Made by a program: the position numbers and the translations under genes. Positions 49,441 to 50,148 of a DNA stretch of 50,148 nt are shown here, piece by piece. The stretch comes from Halodesulfurarchaeum sp. (GTDB taxonomy: Archaea; Halobacteriota; Halobacteria; Halobacteriales; Halobacteriaceae): assembly GCA_042216015.1 (NCBI GenBank), contig JBDGUI010000049.1, positions 1 through 50,148 on the forward strand, read 5' to 3'. Position 1 is the first letter of the stretch. Every line of letters starts with the position of its first letter. The notes under the pieces were generated by a model. That model was given only the letters and a program-made list of their open reading frames with translations, ran no database searches and was not told the DNA's origin.

Positions 49441-50106
49441 ATGCCATCGACGAATCGATCCGACCACCTCGAGCAGATCGGCGAGTACGACTCCTCGGCG
49501 CTCTTCAAGCCGATGGTGCCGGCACTGATCGTGAGCAAGAGCGAGGAAACCGGGCCGAACCTCATGACGGCCTCGTGGTGGATGCTCGCTGGCTACGATC
49601 CGTTTCGGTACATGCTGGCGGTGAGCGAGAAGAGCTATACCCACGAGATCATCGAGGCCAATCCCGAATTCGTCATGGCTGCCCCATCGAACGAGCTGAT
49701 CGAGGCCCTGACCCTCTCCGGGATGGTGAGCGGTCGGGATCTCGACAAGATCGAACACCTCGATCTCGAGACCGTCCCCGGTCAGTCCATCGACGTTCCC
49801 CTGCTCGTCGAGGCGGTGGGCAACATCGAATTGAGCGTCATGGACTCCTTCTCCGTCGAGGGGATCACCTACTTCCTGGCCGGGGTCGAGAACGCCTACG
49901 TGACCGCGGGCGCCATGGACGGTCGGTTGCTCTCCCTCGACGCGGACATCCTCGCCTACATGGGCAGCGACTGGCCCGAGGGTGAAGAGGCAAAATCGAA
50001 ACACCGGTATTACGCGGAATTGTCGCCGGAGGATCTCCGATCGTTTCCCGGCGACCGCGTGATCGAATCTCTTCCCGAAGAGTTGCAAGCACGGTTCGTG
50101 GAGTGA
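49441..50106 (+). CDS. Flavin reductase-like (FMN-binding split barrel) protein
   Basis: NLMTASW, SYTHEII.ANPEFV, G..SGRDLDK, VPLL.EA..NIE. Confidence 0.85.
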   Translation: MPSTNRSDHLEQIGEYDSSALFKPMVPALIVSKSEETGPNLMTASWWMLAGYDPFRYMLAVSEKSYTHEIIEANPEFVMAAPSNELIEALTLSGMVSGRDLDKIEHLDLETVPGQSIDVPLLVEAVGNIELSVMDSFSVEGITYFLAGVENAYVTAGAMDGRLLSLDADILAYMGSDWPEGEEAKSKHRYYAELSPEDLRSFPGDRVIESLPEELQARFVE

Positions 50107-50148
50107 CCGGTTGCAAGCACAGTTCGTGGAGTGACCGGTTGCAAGCAC
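50082..50148. repeat. 28-bp tandem repeat, at least 2.4 copies, truncated by window end
   Basis: gttgcaagcac(g/a)gttcgtggagtgaccg at 50082 and 50110, with a partial copy at 50138. The first copy contains the TGA stop of the flavin reductase gene. Confidence 0.92.

Noticed and set aside
50082..50148. Possible CRISPR array (GTTGCAAGC resembles haloarchaeal repeat ends such as GTTGAAGC)
   Set aside because: Units are head-to-tail with no unique spacers, the first unit is coding sequence, and there are no cas genes in the window.

Overview
GC-rich haloarchaeal (Halobacteria) chromosomal segment, judged from the strongly acidic proteome, the many apparently leaderless genes and the haloarchaeal gene order. 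The left half (1-23.7 kb) is a housekeeping backbone: hisF start, purL, a PHP protein, gatCA, the menFDBACE menaquinone cluster preceded by a molybdopterin oxidoreductase, purA, trm112, cysS and a TctA-like permease. The right half is more accessory. It holds a hydantoinase/oxoprolinase + HDAC-family operon, a lower-GC patch with orphans and gene debris, an ABC-2 exporter + MarR, and a bacterial-type ProRS lacking the editing domain. Further on are PfkB, BtpA, MATE, a pilin-like protein, a DtxR-family regulator + TMEM165/GDT1 with a perfect palindromic operator, ppc, a nuclease lipoprotein, cysK, a frameshifted CBS gene, a class III aminotransferase + Ord-like amine dehydrogenase operon, MgtC/DUF4010 and a flavin reductase. 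I found no rRNA, tRNA, CRISPR array or transposase. The best leads are the two uncharacterised two-gene catabolic operons, the bacterial-type ProRS, the DtxR/TMEM165 unit, and three sequence-unrelated tandem arrays that share a 28-bp period, two of which begin inside a gene's 3' end. All family assignments come from motif recognition by eye, not from database searches.
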